Assembly (NCBI GenBank): GCA_963668675.2
Contig: CAXXMB010000002.1
Span: forward strand, 2,432,001 to 2,496,000
DNA: 64,000 bases
Direction: 5' to 3'
Source: an uncultured Desulfatitalea sp.
Lineage (GTDB): Bacteria; Desulfobacterota; Desulfobacteria; Desulfobacterales; Desulfosarcinaceae
Within the stretch, counting starts at the first letter, position 1. Every line of letters starts with the position of its first letter. The position numbers were made by a program, and so were the translations under genes. Shown piece by piece: positions 39,287 through 48,187 of the stretch. The notes under the pieces were generated by a model. The model was not told the DNA's origin. It saw only the letters and a list, made by a program, of their open reading frames with translations, and made no database searches.

Positions 39287-40030
39287 ATGCTCAAGACGCT
39301 GAAGAACAGATTCGAGCAAGGATACCGGACCTCGCGTTATCCAAAAGAGACGATTGAACTGCCAGCCCGCTATCGCGGGGTGCCCAGGATCAACAACGAG
39401 GTCTCATCCGAATTGGCTGTTGCCTGTGCCGATGCTTGCCCACAGTCTGCTATTGATGCCAAAGCAAAGCGGATCGACCTGGGGCGCTGTGTTTTTTGCG
39501 GCACCTGCGAGCGTCTCTCCGAAGGAAGATTTGTTTCGTTCAGCCGGGATTTCGAGCTCTCCACAGCCGCCAGGGAAGACCTGCTGACCCAGGGGACGCT
39601 GCCTGCCCTTGCCGATCACGCCAAGAAGCATTTCAAGAAACTCTTCGGTCGCTCATTGCAGCTGCGCCAGGTATCGGCCGCCGGATGCAATGCCTGCGAG
39701 GCCGATCTCAACGTGTTGGCCACACCCTTTTTCGATCTGGCCCGATTCGGCATCAATTTTGTGGCCTCGCCCCGGCACGCCGACGGTATCGTGGTCACCG
39801 GCCCCATTTCCCGTAACATGAAAACCGCTTTGCTGCAGACCTACGAGGCGGTGCCGGCACCCAAAGTGGTCATCGCCGTTGGCAGTTGTGCCATCAGCGG
39901 CGGTCCCTTTCACGGCAGCCCCGAGATCACCGAAGGGTTGGATACGCTTCTGCCCGTGGACCTGTTTGTCCCGGGCTGCCCGCCCCATCCCCTCACCAAT
40001 CTGCATGCCCTGCTCAGCTTTTTTAAATAG
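39287..40030 (+). CDS. Ehr small subunit: 2x[4Fe-4S] (NuoI/HyfH-like) fused to a NuoB/HyfI-like domain
   Basis: CADACP, CVFCGTC, GCNACEAD, SPRHAD, GSCA and PGCPP motifs. Confidence 0.85.
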   Translation: MLKTLKNRFEQGYRTSRYPKETIELPARYRGVPRINNEVSSELAVACADACPQSAIDAKAKRIDLGRCVFCGTCERLSEGRFVSFSRDFELSTAAREDLLTQGTLPALADHAKKHFKKLFGRSLQLRQVSAAGCNACEADLNVLATPFFDLARFGINFVASPRHADGIVVTGPISRNMKTALLQTYEAVPAPKVVIAVGSCAISGGPFHGSPEITEGLDTLLPVDLFVPGCPPHPLTNLHALLSFFK

Positions 40031-40073
40031 AAGCGGCCTGAGCTGTTTCGGGTTGCGATCGCCTCGATAAAAA

Positions 40074-41495
40074 TTACGGCTGGATCAATATGGTTGGATA
40101 CAATCCCTCCAACGCTCCCTCCGGGTAAGGCTGGATGGTGTTGAACGAGATGTTCTGGTTTTTCTGGGCGTGGCCCTTGTTCTTAATACCGTCATACAAC
40201 GCGCCGTTGGCCTCCAGAATGTGGTGAATGCGTTCCCGGAAGGCGTTGACAAACGTCTTACCACTGCCCTCGAAGACCATGTCACCCTGGGAAAGATTTG
40301 AATCGACTTTCGACAGTTTTGCGAGGCTGATGCTGTTTGCTTCAAGATCGGTCTGATCATTGATCATGCCCCATACCAGGTGGCCGGGAGGCACACTCAG
40401 TGGCGCTTTGATATCGATGATGGTGTGGGGCATGACGATGCAATCCTTGCCGATGGCCAACCGGTTGTCGGGTCGCCCGTGCAGAAAGCTGTTGAAACCC
40501 ACAAAGACATTTTCGCCCATGTCCGCCTCGATGATTTTCGCGCCATGGGCGGTCACATTGTTGCCCTCCAGACGTGAGTTGATGATGTAGCAGTTCTCCT
40601 GGGCATTGGCGCCTTTGCCCAGCCAGGAATTTTGCAGGTAGGCCCTTTGGGCAACCAGTACATTGTCACCGATATGGGTTTTAGGTTTTACCACCGCGAA
40701 ACGGTCCAGCGATGCGGTGTTGGGGACACTCACCGATGGTGCCACATTGACCACCTCGAAAATTTGTTGAAAAGCGGCTTTGCGATCTTCCACAAAATCG
40801 ATGAGCAATCCCTGGGGCAGTTTGTTTTGATCGAAAAAGATATAGTGGTTCAATTTGTCGATGGGGTGGTGGTAGAGAAAGTTGAACACGCCCGGTACAC
40901 GGACCCATATGGTCCCCGGATCGATGTTGAGATGGCCGATTTCGCCGGCTTGAATGTATGAGAATGTGCCGAGTACACAGTCGTTCATGGTGGTCAAATC
41001 GACGGTGGCAAACGGGCCTAGAAAGCTGCCGTCGGTGGGCGAACCGTGAATATTGGCATAATGGGTGCTCACCGTATTGGTAATGAAAAATTTTTCGAGG
41101 GTTTCCGGGTCATGGGAAAAATTGTGAACCAGCGTTTTGATCAAAAAACTGTCCTCGATTTCGATCGCTTCGTCCCTGTGCACCTGAATGTTGAAATTCT
41201 CATAGTTGACGACATCCCCTTGTTTTTTGAGTTCATCACCGCGGATGTCGCTTTTGTAAAGAATGGAGTTGGCCACACGGCATTTTCCCAGAAAATAGCT
41301 CCCGGCCAGGTTGGAGTGCCGAAAGACAAAGTTCAGTGGATGGTGTGGTGTAATCCCATAGAACGCGTAGAATTGGACCAGCTTTTCCAAACTGACGAGG
41401 TGGCTGATATAAGGGGTGACATCCACCTTAAGCTCGCGCAGGTTGATATTGGCCCGTTGTACGATTCTGTCGAAAAGTGTTTTCAGTTCTTTCAT
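40074..41495 (-). CDS. Uncharacterised left-handed beta-helix (hexapeptide / gamma-carbonic-anhydrase-like) protein
   Basis: IGDNVLV, ANAQENC, VTAHGAKI, MGENVFVGFNS and IGKDCIV hexapeptide-type repeats. Confidence 0.6.
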   Translation of the reverse strand: MKELKTLFDRIVQRANINLRELKVDVTPYISHLVSLEKLVQFYAFYGITPHHPLNFVFRHSNLAGSYFLGKCRVANSILYKSDIRGDELKKQGDVVNYENFNIQVHRDEAIEIEDSFLIKTLVHNFSHDPETLEKFFITNTVSTHYANIHGSPTDGSFLGPFATVDLTTMNDCVLGTFSYIQAGEIGHLNIDPGTIWVRVPGVFNFLYHHPIDKLNHYIFFDQNKLPQGLLIDFVEDRKAAFQQIFEVVNVAPSVSVPNTASLDRFAVVKPKTHIGDNVLVAQRAYLQNSWLGKGANAQENCYIINSRLEGNNVTAHGAKIIEADMGENVFVGFNSFLHGRPDNRLAIGKDCIVMPHTIIDIKAPLSVPPGHLVWGMINDQTDLEANSISLAKLSKVDSNLSQGDMVFEGSGKTFVNAFRERIHHILEANGALYDGIKNKGHAQKNQNISFNTIQPYPEGALEGLYPTILIQP

Positions 41496-41508
41496 CGTCG
41501 ATCCTCGG

Positions 41509-42069
41509 TTATAGGTTGCTCTCGCACTCTTTCATCGTGTGAAAAACAGCTGCGAAGACGTCTGTCTGGCGAAGAATGCCTACGATCTCCTTGCCTCGGG
41601 TGACCAGCAGTGATAGATGGTTGCCGAGCAGTAGCTGGTGGATGGCCATGTCCAAAGATGTTTTTTCATCCACATACTCGCCCTCGGCGGGCGCTTGCAT
41701 GAAATCCTCTACTTTCAATTTGGCTGCCTTGATGCATAGATCTCTCAGCGGTTCGCCATGCAGCCGCCTCTCTTTCCGCAGGGACCGCACAAAAGTGTTG
41801 CTAAAACCAAAACGGATCATCTTATCAAGGTCTTTGTGATCACGGCTCTTGGGTTCCAGCGCCCAAAGAACGTCCATTTGGGTCAATTTGCCTACGACGC
41901 GTCCGTTTTTATCCAGAATCAGAACGGCACGGTGTCGGTACTTGGTGTGATCGAACTCTTCCTGTGCCTTTTCTAACGCCTGAACGGCGTCAAACAGCGT
42001 CGAACCCTCGGAGACAGTGGCATACTCCGACAGGGGAACCATCAACTCTTTTACGGTAAGGCTTTTCAC
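41509..42069 (-). CDS. CBS-domain protein (paralog 2)
   Basis: Co-linear with 27775-28341 (TKYRHRAVL, TDVFAAVFH). GTG start after GGAGG. Confidence 0.8.
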   Translation of the reverse strand: MKSLTVKELMVPLSEYATVSEGSTLFDAVQALEKAQEEFDHTKYRHRAVLILDKNGRVVGKLTQMDVLWALEPKSRDHKDLDKMIRFGFSNTFVRSLRKERRLHGEPLRDLCIKAAKLKVEDFMQAPAEGEYVDEKTSLDMAIHQLLLGNHLSLLVTRGKEIVGILRQTDVFAAVFHTMKECESNL

Positions 42070-42228
42070 GCGTATCCTCCGATATCATGCCATTTGCAGG
42101 AACAGTGTTCCGCATGTCTATGTCAAAGGAGGCACTCTATCATTTGCAGCTCGTTTTTTAAAACCCAAACGTGCCTCTGCTCTAAAAGAAAGGCCCGGCC
42201 AGTTGCCTGGTCGGGCCGGTTTTTTTTA

Positions 42229-42321
42229 TGGCGGAGAGAGAGGGATTCGAACCCTCGGTGGAAGTTTCCCCCCACACTCGCTTAGCAGGCGAGCGCCTTC
42301 AGCCGACTCGGCCATCTCTCC
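42229..42321 (-). tRNA. tRNA-Ser (anticodon GCT)
   Basis: GGAGAGATGGCCGAG...CTCGC-CT-GCT-AA-GCGAG, long variable arm, GGTTCGAATCC, CCA end. Confidence 0.95.
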
Positions 42322-42424
42322 TTCACCGATTTCTTTTGTGTGTTTGTCGGTTCGCACCATCCATACTCTGTTTAAGTGTCACCACGCCGTTATCGTTTGT
42401 GGCGGTTCAGCGATCCAACAAAAG

Positions 42425-42510
42425 TGGCGGAGGGAGTAGGATTCGAACCCACGGAGCTTTCGCTCAACGGTTTTCAAGACCGCCGCCTTAAACCACTCGG
42501 CCATCCCTCC
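42425..42510 (-). tRNA. tRNA-Ser (anticodon TGA)
   Basis: GGAGGGATGGCCGAGTGG...GCGGT-CT-TGA-AA-ACCGT, variable arm, GGTTCGAATCC, CCA end. Confidence 0.95.
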
Positions 42511-42676
42511 CTCAAAGGTAGGTTCGCTTTTAACATCATGCACATGGGTGGTCAATCAATTTTACGCGATATCCAAGCCATGCGTGTGATTATGGAGTTG
42601 ACATCGACACCTATTGGTGATTATCTGGCCGGCAAAATAATTGCCCTAAAACATAGGGTATTTAAGGAGATCCGCA

Positions 42677-43159
42677 ATGAAGCAAAAGTATGCCATCATC
42701 AGGGATGATGATCAGAATAACCTATTGGTTCGCGAATACGCCGAACTTGATAAAGAGATGATGTCCCTTCTGTGCGAGGAGACCTATTCCCAGGAACAGA
42801 TTAAAGCGGCCATGCAGGAGGGCCATAACGGTGTGATCAAGGCGATTCGCACCAATAACATGTATCCGCCGACCGCTTTTGCTTTCGCCATTGCCGAAGC
42901 CATTTGTGCGCTTCTGGAAGAGGGCGGCAATCAGTCAGCCGAGCTTTTTTTCGATGACAAGGACCTTTTTCTGAAGGTGGAAGAGGAGCCTGTCGAAGAG
43001 GCGGATGAGGCGGTGGATGAGGATGTTGAAGTCGATGATCTGTTGGAGGACGAAGAGACCATCGAAGACGATTTTCAAGATGAGGGTGTGCTCAAGGATC
43101 TGAAGTCATCGCTGAAGGTCGCCGATGAAGACAGCACGGGCTCTGAAGATGCCACCTGA
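42677..43159 (+). CDS. Hypothetical protein with a very acidic C-terminal third
   Basis: AAGGAG RBS, an upstream TTGACA, and a D/E-rich tail. No family recognised. Confidence 0.7.
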   Translation: MKQKYAIIRDDDQNNLLVREYAELDKEMMSLLCEETYSQEQIKAAMQEGHNGVIKAIRTNNMYPPTAFAFAIAEAICALLEEGGNQSAELFFDDKDLFLKVEEEPVEEADEAVDEDVEVDDLLEDEETIEDDFQDEGVLKDLKSSLKVADEDSTGSEDAT

Positions 43160-43794
43160 TCCAGCTCGCTGGAAAACTTCATGATAAGATTCAAAATGCG
43201 CCCGCCTCACAGGTGGGCGCACATGTTTTCTGCCCGCTTCGATCAACGCTTTGATTTTCCGCTCCAACTCCCGATGGGGTTGCCTGTCGGGCCTCTCCTC
43301 AATCACCGGGTTTTACGATTTGGTTGCAAATCGTCTAAAAACCTGGCGCACCCAAAAATATCACCCCAAAATATCAATCGACATATCGTCTTTGGTCTTG
43401 ACTTCGGTCGTATTTTTGTCATAGAAAATGAATGTTGTTCATAAATTAGTAGCACAGTTCATTACTGCACAATATGCACAAATTGCACAATTGTTCAGCT
43501 GGCAAACTTACTTTATGATTTCTTGCGAAGCGGTAACCCGGTATCTGCCAACCATGCTAAAAACGCGGACAAATTGCGTTCTCTTCTCGATAACACGCCT
43601 TGCGATAGAAGAGGCTTCACCCGTAATATCCTTCGAGGTTAAACCTTATCAACAGAACGCTTGCAGTCAAGGGCCGTGAGCAATGCTCAATTGACCGCGG
43701 TACCTTGGGGTAGGTGATTTAGTCGATACGCCGTTTCCGGGCCATGCATACGGCAGGGGCCCATATTAGCTTTGCATCGTATGAGGAGGAGCCA

Positions 43795-44736
43795 ATGGAC
43801 AAGAAAGAGCGGTTTTACCAAAGGCTGGAGAAACGAGGGGTCTCAAGAAGGGACTTTATGCGGTACTGTACCTTCCTGACCGCGACCATGGGCCTCTCGG
43901 CATCCTTTGTGCCCAAAGTGGCCGAGGTGTTTGCCGCACCCAGGCAGCGACCCCCGGTGATCTGGCTTCATTTTGGGGAGTGCACAGGGTGTTCGGAGGG
44001 CATGCTTCGCACCATCTACCCCTATGTGGACGAACTGGTGCTGGAGATCCTCTCCGTTGAATATCACGAAACCATCATGGCTGCTGCCGGCCAGCAGGCA
44101 GAGGACCAGCTGCACGCCTCGCTGAAGAAATACTCGGGCAAGTTTATCTGCGTCGTGGAGGGCTCGATTCCCACCAAGTACAACGGTGGCTATGGACGCA
44201 TTGGCGGCCGTTCCTTTTTGGAGATCGCCAAAGAGGTCTGCCCCCAGGCTCTGGCCACGATCGCTATCGGCACTTGCGCCAGTTTCGGTGGGATCCCGGC
44301 CGCCAAGCCCAATCCGGGCGGCTACATGGGCGTCGGCGAGGCGTTGAAGATGAAGACCCTCAACATCCCCGGCTGCCCGCCCAACCCCATCAACCTGGTC
44401 GGCACCATCGTCAACTATCTGCTCATCGGTAAGTTGCCAGAGGTCGACGATATGGGGCGGCCGCTGTTCGCTTATGGCAAGACCATTCACGATCAGTGCC
44501 CGCGACGCTCCCACTTTGAGAACGAAGAGTTCGTCGAAGAGTTCGGATCCGAAGAGGCGGCCCTTGGGTATTGCCTCTACAAGATGGGCTGTCGCGGACC
44601 GGAAACCTACAACAACTGCCCGGTGGCCAAATTCAATGACGGCACCAGCTGGCCGGTCGAGGCCGGACATCCGTGCATCGGCTGCAGCGAACCTGATTTC
44701 TGGGACAAGATGACCCCGTTCTATGAAGAATTCTAA
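43795..44736 (+). CDS. hynB: Periplasmic [NiFe] hydrogenase small subunit (Tat-exported, group 1b-like)
   Basis: SRRDFM Tat motif, ECTGCSE, PGCPP, HDQCPRR and GHPCIGCSEP, with no C-terminal TM anchor. Confidence 0.93.
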   Translation: MDKKERFYQRLEKRGVSRRDFMRYCTFLTATMGLSASFVPKVAEVFAAPRQRPPVIWLHFGECTGCSEGMLRTIYPYVDELVLEILSVEYHETIMAAAGQQAEDQLHASLKKYSGKFICVVEGSIPTKYNGGYGRIGGRSFLEIAKEVCPQALATIAIGTCASFGGIPAAKPNPGGYMGVGEALKMKTLNIPGCPPNPINLVGTIVNYLLIGKLPEVDDMGRPLFAYGKTIHDQCPRRSHFENEEFVEEFGSEEAALGYCLYKMGCRGPETYNNCPVAKFNDGTSWPVEAGHPCIGCSEPDFWDKMTPFYEEF

Positions 44737-44769
44737 ACACTGTCCGAAGGCAGTGAAGGGAGGAGAGTT

Positions 44770-46419
44770 ATGGGCAAGCGTATCATAGTCGATCCGATTA
44801 CCCGCATCGAGGGCCATCTGAGGATTGAGGTGGAGGTCGAGGGCGGGAAAGTAGTGGATGCATGGAGCTCCGGACAGATGTTCCGCGGCATCGAGATGAT
44901 TCTCAAAGGGCGCGATCCCCGGGATGCACACCATTTCGTGCAGCGCTCATGCGGTGTCTGCACCTACGTTCACGCTATCGCCTCGGTGCGTGCGGTGGAC
45001 GACGCCTTCAAGGTCAAAATTCCCAAAAACGCCCGACTGATTCGCAACATGTTGCATGGCGGCCAATATCTGCACGACCACTTGGTCCATTTTTACCATC
45101 TGCATGCGCTGGACTGGGTCGATATCGTCAGCGCCCTAAAGGCCGATCCGAAGGCGACCGCCGCATTGGCTGACAGTGTCTCGGGGGCCAAGGTGGGTGG
45201 CGCGGTCTACTTCAAGCAGGTGCAGGACCGCCTGAAGACATTTGTCAACAGTGGCCAGCTCGGGCCTTTTGCCAATGCCTATTGGGGCCATCCGGCCTAC
45301 AAGCTGACGCCCGAAGCCAACCTGATGGCCAGTGCGCACTACATCGAGGCACTGCGCCTGCAGGCCCGCACAGCCCGGCTGCACGCCATTTTCGGCGGTA
45401 AGAATCCTCATCCTCAATCCCTGGTCGTCGGCGGTGTCAGCTGCCAGAACAACCTCACGGCGGATCACATCGCCGAGTTTCTCTATGTGGCCAAGGAGAC
45501 CCAGGACTTCGTCAAAAACGTCTACCTGCCGGACTTGCTGGCCGTAGCATCGTTTTACAAAGATTGGGGTGCCATTGGCGGCACCACGAACTTCGTGGCC
45601 TATGGCGACTTTCCCCAGACGGACCAGGAGCCGGAGAGTCTCTATCTGCCGCGCGGCGCGGTCATGAAGCGCGACCTGGCCAAGGTGAAGATGGTCGACC
45701 AGACCAAGATCACCGAGGATGTGACCCGGTCGTGGTATGAGAAGGGGTCACCCAAGCATCCCTATGAGGGCGAAACCAAACCGCTGGCCGACGATCCCAA
45801 ATACAACCCCACCAAGGGCAAATATTCATGGATCAAGGCGCCGCGCTATGACGGGGCATCTTGCGAAGTCGGTCCACTGGCACGTGTGCTGGTCGCCTAC
45901 GGCAAGGGACACAAGGACATCAAGCCGCTGGTCGACAAGGCGCTCACCCAGTTGTCCATTCCCGCTTCGGCGCTCTTCTCCACGTTGGGCCGCACCGCTG
46001 CCCGTGCCATCGAGACCGTGGCGGTTGGTGATGCCTTGCAGGAGTGGACCATGGAATTGGTGGAAAATATCAAGAGCGGCGACACCAAGACTTACGAACC
46101 CCATGAAATTCCGGAGAGCGGACGCGGCTTCGCCCTGAATGATGTACCGCGCGGCGCCCTGGGACACTGGGTTGAGGTAAAAGATAAGAAGATAAAGAAT
46201 TATCAGTATGTGGTGCCCTCCACATGGAATCTGGGCCCCCGCGACGGTAAGGGGCAGCGCAGTCCGGTGGAGGAGGCCCTGATCGGAACGCCGGTGGCCG
46301 ATGCCAAACAGCCCCTGGAGATTCTGAGAACGGTGCACTCGTTTGATCCTTGCATCGCCTGTGCGGTGCATGTGATCGATCCGCACTCCAACCAGACTTA
46401 CAAGGTCAACGTGATTTAA
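44770..46419 (+). CDS. hynA: Periplasmic [NiFe] hydrogenase large subunit
   Basis: TRIEGH, RSCGVC and DPCIACAVH followed by a cleavable 15-aa extension. Confidence 0.95.
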   Translation: MGKRIIVDPITRIEGHLRIEVEVEGGKVVDAWSSGQMFRGIEMILKGRDPRDAHHFVQRSCGVCTYVHAIASVRAVDDAFKVKIPKNARLIRNMLHGGQYLHDHLVHFYHLHALDWVDIVSALKADPKATAALADSVSGAKVGGAVYFKQVQDRLKTFVNSGQLGPFANAYWGHPAYKLTPEANLMASAHYIEALRLQARTARLHAIFGGKNPHPQSLVVGGVSCQNNLTADHIAEFLYVAKETQDFVKNVYLPDLLAVASFYKDWGAIGGTTNFVAYGDFPQTDQEPESLYLPRGAVMKRDLAKVKMVDQTKITEDVTRSWYEKGSPKHPYEGETKPLADDPKYNPTKGKYSWIKAPRYDGASCEVGPLARVLVAYGKGHKDIKPLVDKALTQLSIPASALFSTLGRTAARAIETVAVGDALQEWTMELVENIKSGDTKTYEPHEIPESGRGFALNDVPRGALGHWVEVKDKKIKNYQYVVPSTWNLGPRDGKGQRSPVEEALIGTPVADAKQPLEILRTVHSFDPCIACAVHVIDPHSNQTYKVNVI

Positions 46420-46429
46420 CCTTCAAACC

Positions 46430-46472
46430 AAGGGCCCCCATTCAGAGATACACTTGATCGGGGGCCCTTTTT
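46430..46472 (+). terminator. Terminator-like hairpin after the hydrogenase large subunit gene
   Basis: AAGGGCCCCC...GGGGGCCCTTTTT. Confidence 0.7.
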
Positions 46473-46485
46473 GTGTGCTAAAAAA

Positions 46486-46977
46486 GTGAAAAACAGCCAA
46501 ATCGTCATACTGGGCATGGGATGCACGCTTTTCAGCGACCAAGGCTTTGGCGTGCAGGTGGTCCACGAACTGGATCGCCGTTTCGAATTTCCCGATCAGG
46601 TGTCGCTGGTCGATGGCGGGTCGATCGGTGTGCATATGATGGGTACGATCGCCGGTGCCGATCGGGTAATCGCCATCGATATCGTGAGCAACGGAAGCCC
46701 TGTCGGGGCCATATGTCGCCTCGAAGGGCAGGAGATCATCGACCACATGGAGAGGGTCGATCATGTACTGCAGGAGGCCTTTATCGAATGCCTGATCCAC
46801 TCCCAAATGTTAGATCATGCGCCCCAGGCGGTGATGCTGGGCATAGAACCGGATGATGCCGAAACACTGACCTGCAGTCTTACCCCTGTCCTGGCTGCCA
46901 AGACCGAAGAGATGATTGGGATGGTGCTGGCGGAGTTGGATGAGCTGAAGATAGCTTACAAGGCAAAGGAGTGTTGA
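46486..46977 (+). CDS. Hydrogenase maturation protease homologue (divergent copy)
   Basis: ILGMGCTLFSDQGFG, LVDGG and LGIEP, HybD/HupD fold. Confidence 0.78.
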   Translation: MKNSQIVILGMGCTLFSDQGFGVQVVHELDRRFEFPDQVSLVDGGSIGVHMMGTIAGADRVIAIDIVSNGSPVGAICRLEGQEIIDHMERVDHVLQEAFIECLIHSQMLDHAPQAVMLGIEPDDAETLTCSLTPVLAAKTEEMIGMVLAELDELKIAYKAKEC

Positions 46978-47030
46978 TAAAATCTTATGATAGTAGGAAA
47001 GTTGAATTCGACCCTCAGGTTTCATGAGCC

Positions 47031-47210
47031 GGCGGATCCGGTGGGTGGTCTGCTCCTGACGCAAACGCAAGTAAGTGCCGTTAAGGTGTAGTTCCGGGCG
47101 ACCCGGAAACTCGCTTGCGCTCAAACAGTCCGGGCCGCTGATCCTCCACTACACCTAAACGGCACTAACATGCAATGCTGACCAGGAGCAGGCCACCCAC
47201 CGGATCCGCC
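47031..47210. repeat. 180-bp long-stem palindromic repeat (copy A)
   Basis: GGCGGATCCGGTGGGTGG...CCACCCACCGGATCCGCC arms around the core CCCGGAAACTCGCTTGCGCTCAAACAGTCCGGGCCGCTGATCCTCC. Confidence 0.8.
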
Positions 47211-47278
47211 TCCAAATGCAGGCTAAACGAAACCTAACTAAAGAAGAAAGAATTCTATCTGATTTGGCAGGGGGATAT

Positions 47279-47785
47279 ATGAAAAACGACTCCGATAAAC
47301 CCCGGATAACTGTCTTGGGGCTTGGCAATATTCTGTTGCGCGATGAGGGGCTCGGCGTTCGGGTGGTGGAGCGGCTCGGCGCCCGCTATGCGTTTGACGA
47401 TAACGTGCAGGTGCTCGACGGTGGCGTTCTCGGGATGCGTTTGATGGGCATTGTGGCTTCTACCGATGTGCTTATCGTGGCGGATGCGGTATGCAACGGC
47501 GGCGCTCCAGGCACGCTCTATCGCCTGGCCGGCGATGAGGTGCCCCGCCGGGTGCTGGCCAAACACTCGCTGCACCAGATGGACTTCCCCGAGGTACTGG
47601 CGCTGTGTGAAACCATCGATCACAAGCCCGAGACGGTCGTTTTGGGCATGGAACCGGAGGATATGGCCACCATGGATGTGGAATTGACGCCGACCGTGGC
47701 CGGGCAGTTGGACCGCCTGGCCGACATGGTTCTGGCCGAGCTGGATCGTCTGGGCGCGGGATACCGTTTGAGCGATGACCCATGA
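47279..47785 (+). CDS. Hydrogenase maturation endopeptidase (HybD/HupD family)
   Basis: LGLGNILLRDEGLG, LDGG, ADAV and SLHQ canonical motifs. Confidence 0.88.
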   Translation: MKNDSDKPRITVLGLGNILLRDEGLGVRVVERLGARYAFDDNVQVLDGGVLGMRLMGIVASTDVLIVADAVCNGGAPGTLYRLAGDEVPRRVLAKHSLHQMDFPEVLALCETIDHKPETVVLGMEPEDMATMDVELTPTVAGQLDRLADMVLAELDRLGAGYRLSDDP

Positions 47786-47923
47786 TCCCGCTTCAAAGCC
47801 GAACACCATCTCCCACCTCACCGTTTATGTGTCGTTCAAACCTGTCCTCTGGCGCGAGGGCTCTTTTTGTTATATGTAGGTCTCTGTTGCTAACAAGCGC
47901 GTCCACCGTTGGGAGTCGACAAC

Positions 47924-48163
47924 ATGTGCCTTGCCATTCCATCTAAAATTACCCATATCGAGGATCAGCTCGCAACTATCGATGTGGCTGGCGTTCAACG
48001 CCAGGCCAGTCTGCTGTTGCTGGAGGATGCCCAGGTTGGAGATTTTGTCATTGTCCATGCCGGTTTTGCCATCCAGAGGCTCGATGCCGCAGCGGCCCGG
48101 GAGACCCTTCAACTGCTCAGGGAGGCAGCGGATCGGGCTGACCAAGAGGATTCCCTCGAATAG
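47924..48163 (+). CDS. hypC: HypC/HybG hydrogenase chaperone
   Basis: MCLAIP...GDFVIVHAGFAI. Confidence 0.95.
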   Translation: MCLAIPSKITHIEDQLATIDVAGVQRQASLLLLEDAQVGDFVIVHAGFAIQRLDAAAARETLQLLREAADRADQEDSLE

Positions 48164-48187
48164 GACGCCATTGCGACGGCGGGGGCG

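Noticed and set aside
42425..42510. tRNA-Sec
   Set aside because: The anticodon is TGA (reads UCA, Ser). tRNA-Sec would have TCA and a longer acceptor stem.
42229..43700. Genomic island or prophage integrated at the tRNA-Ser genes
   Set aside because: No integrase and no duplicated tRNA 3' end were seen in the window.
44770..46419. [NiFeSe] hydrogenase
   Set aside because: The C-terminal motif is DPCIAC encoded with Cys codons, not TGA.
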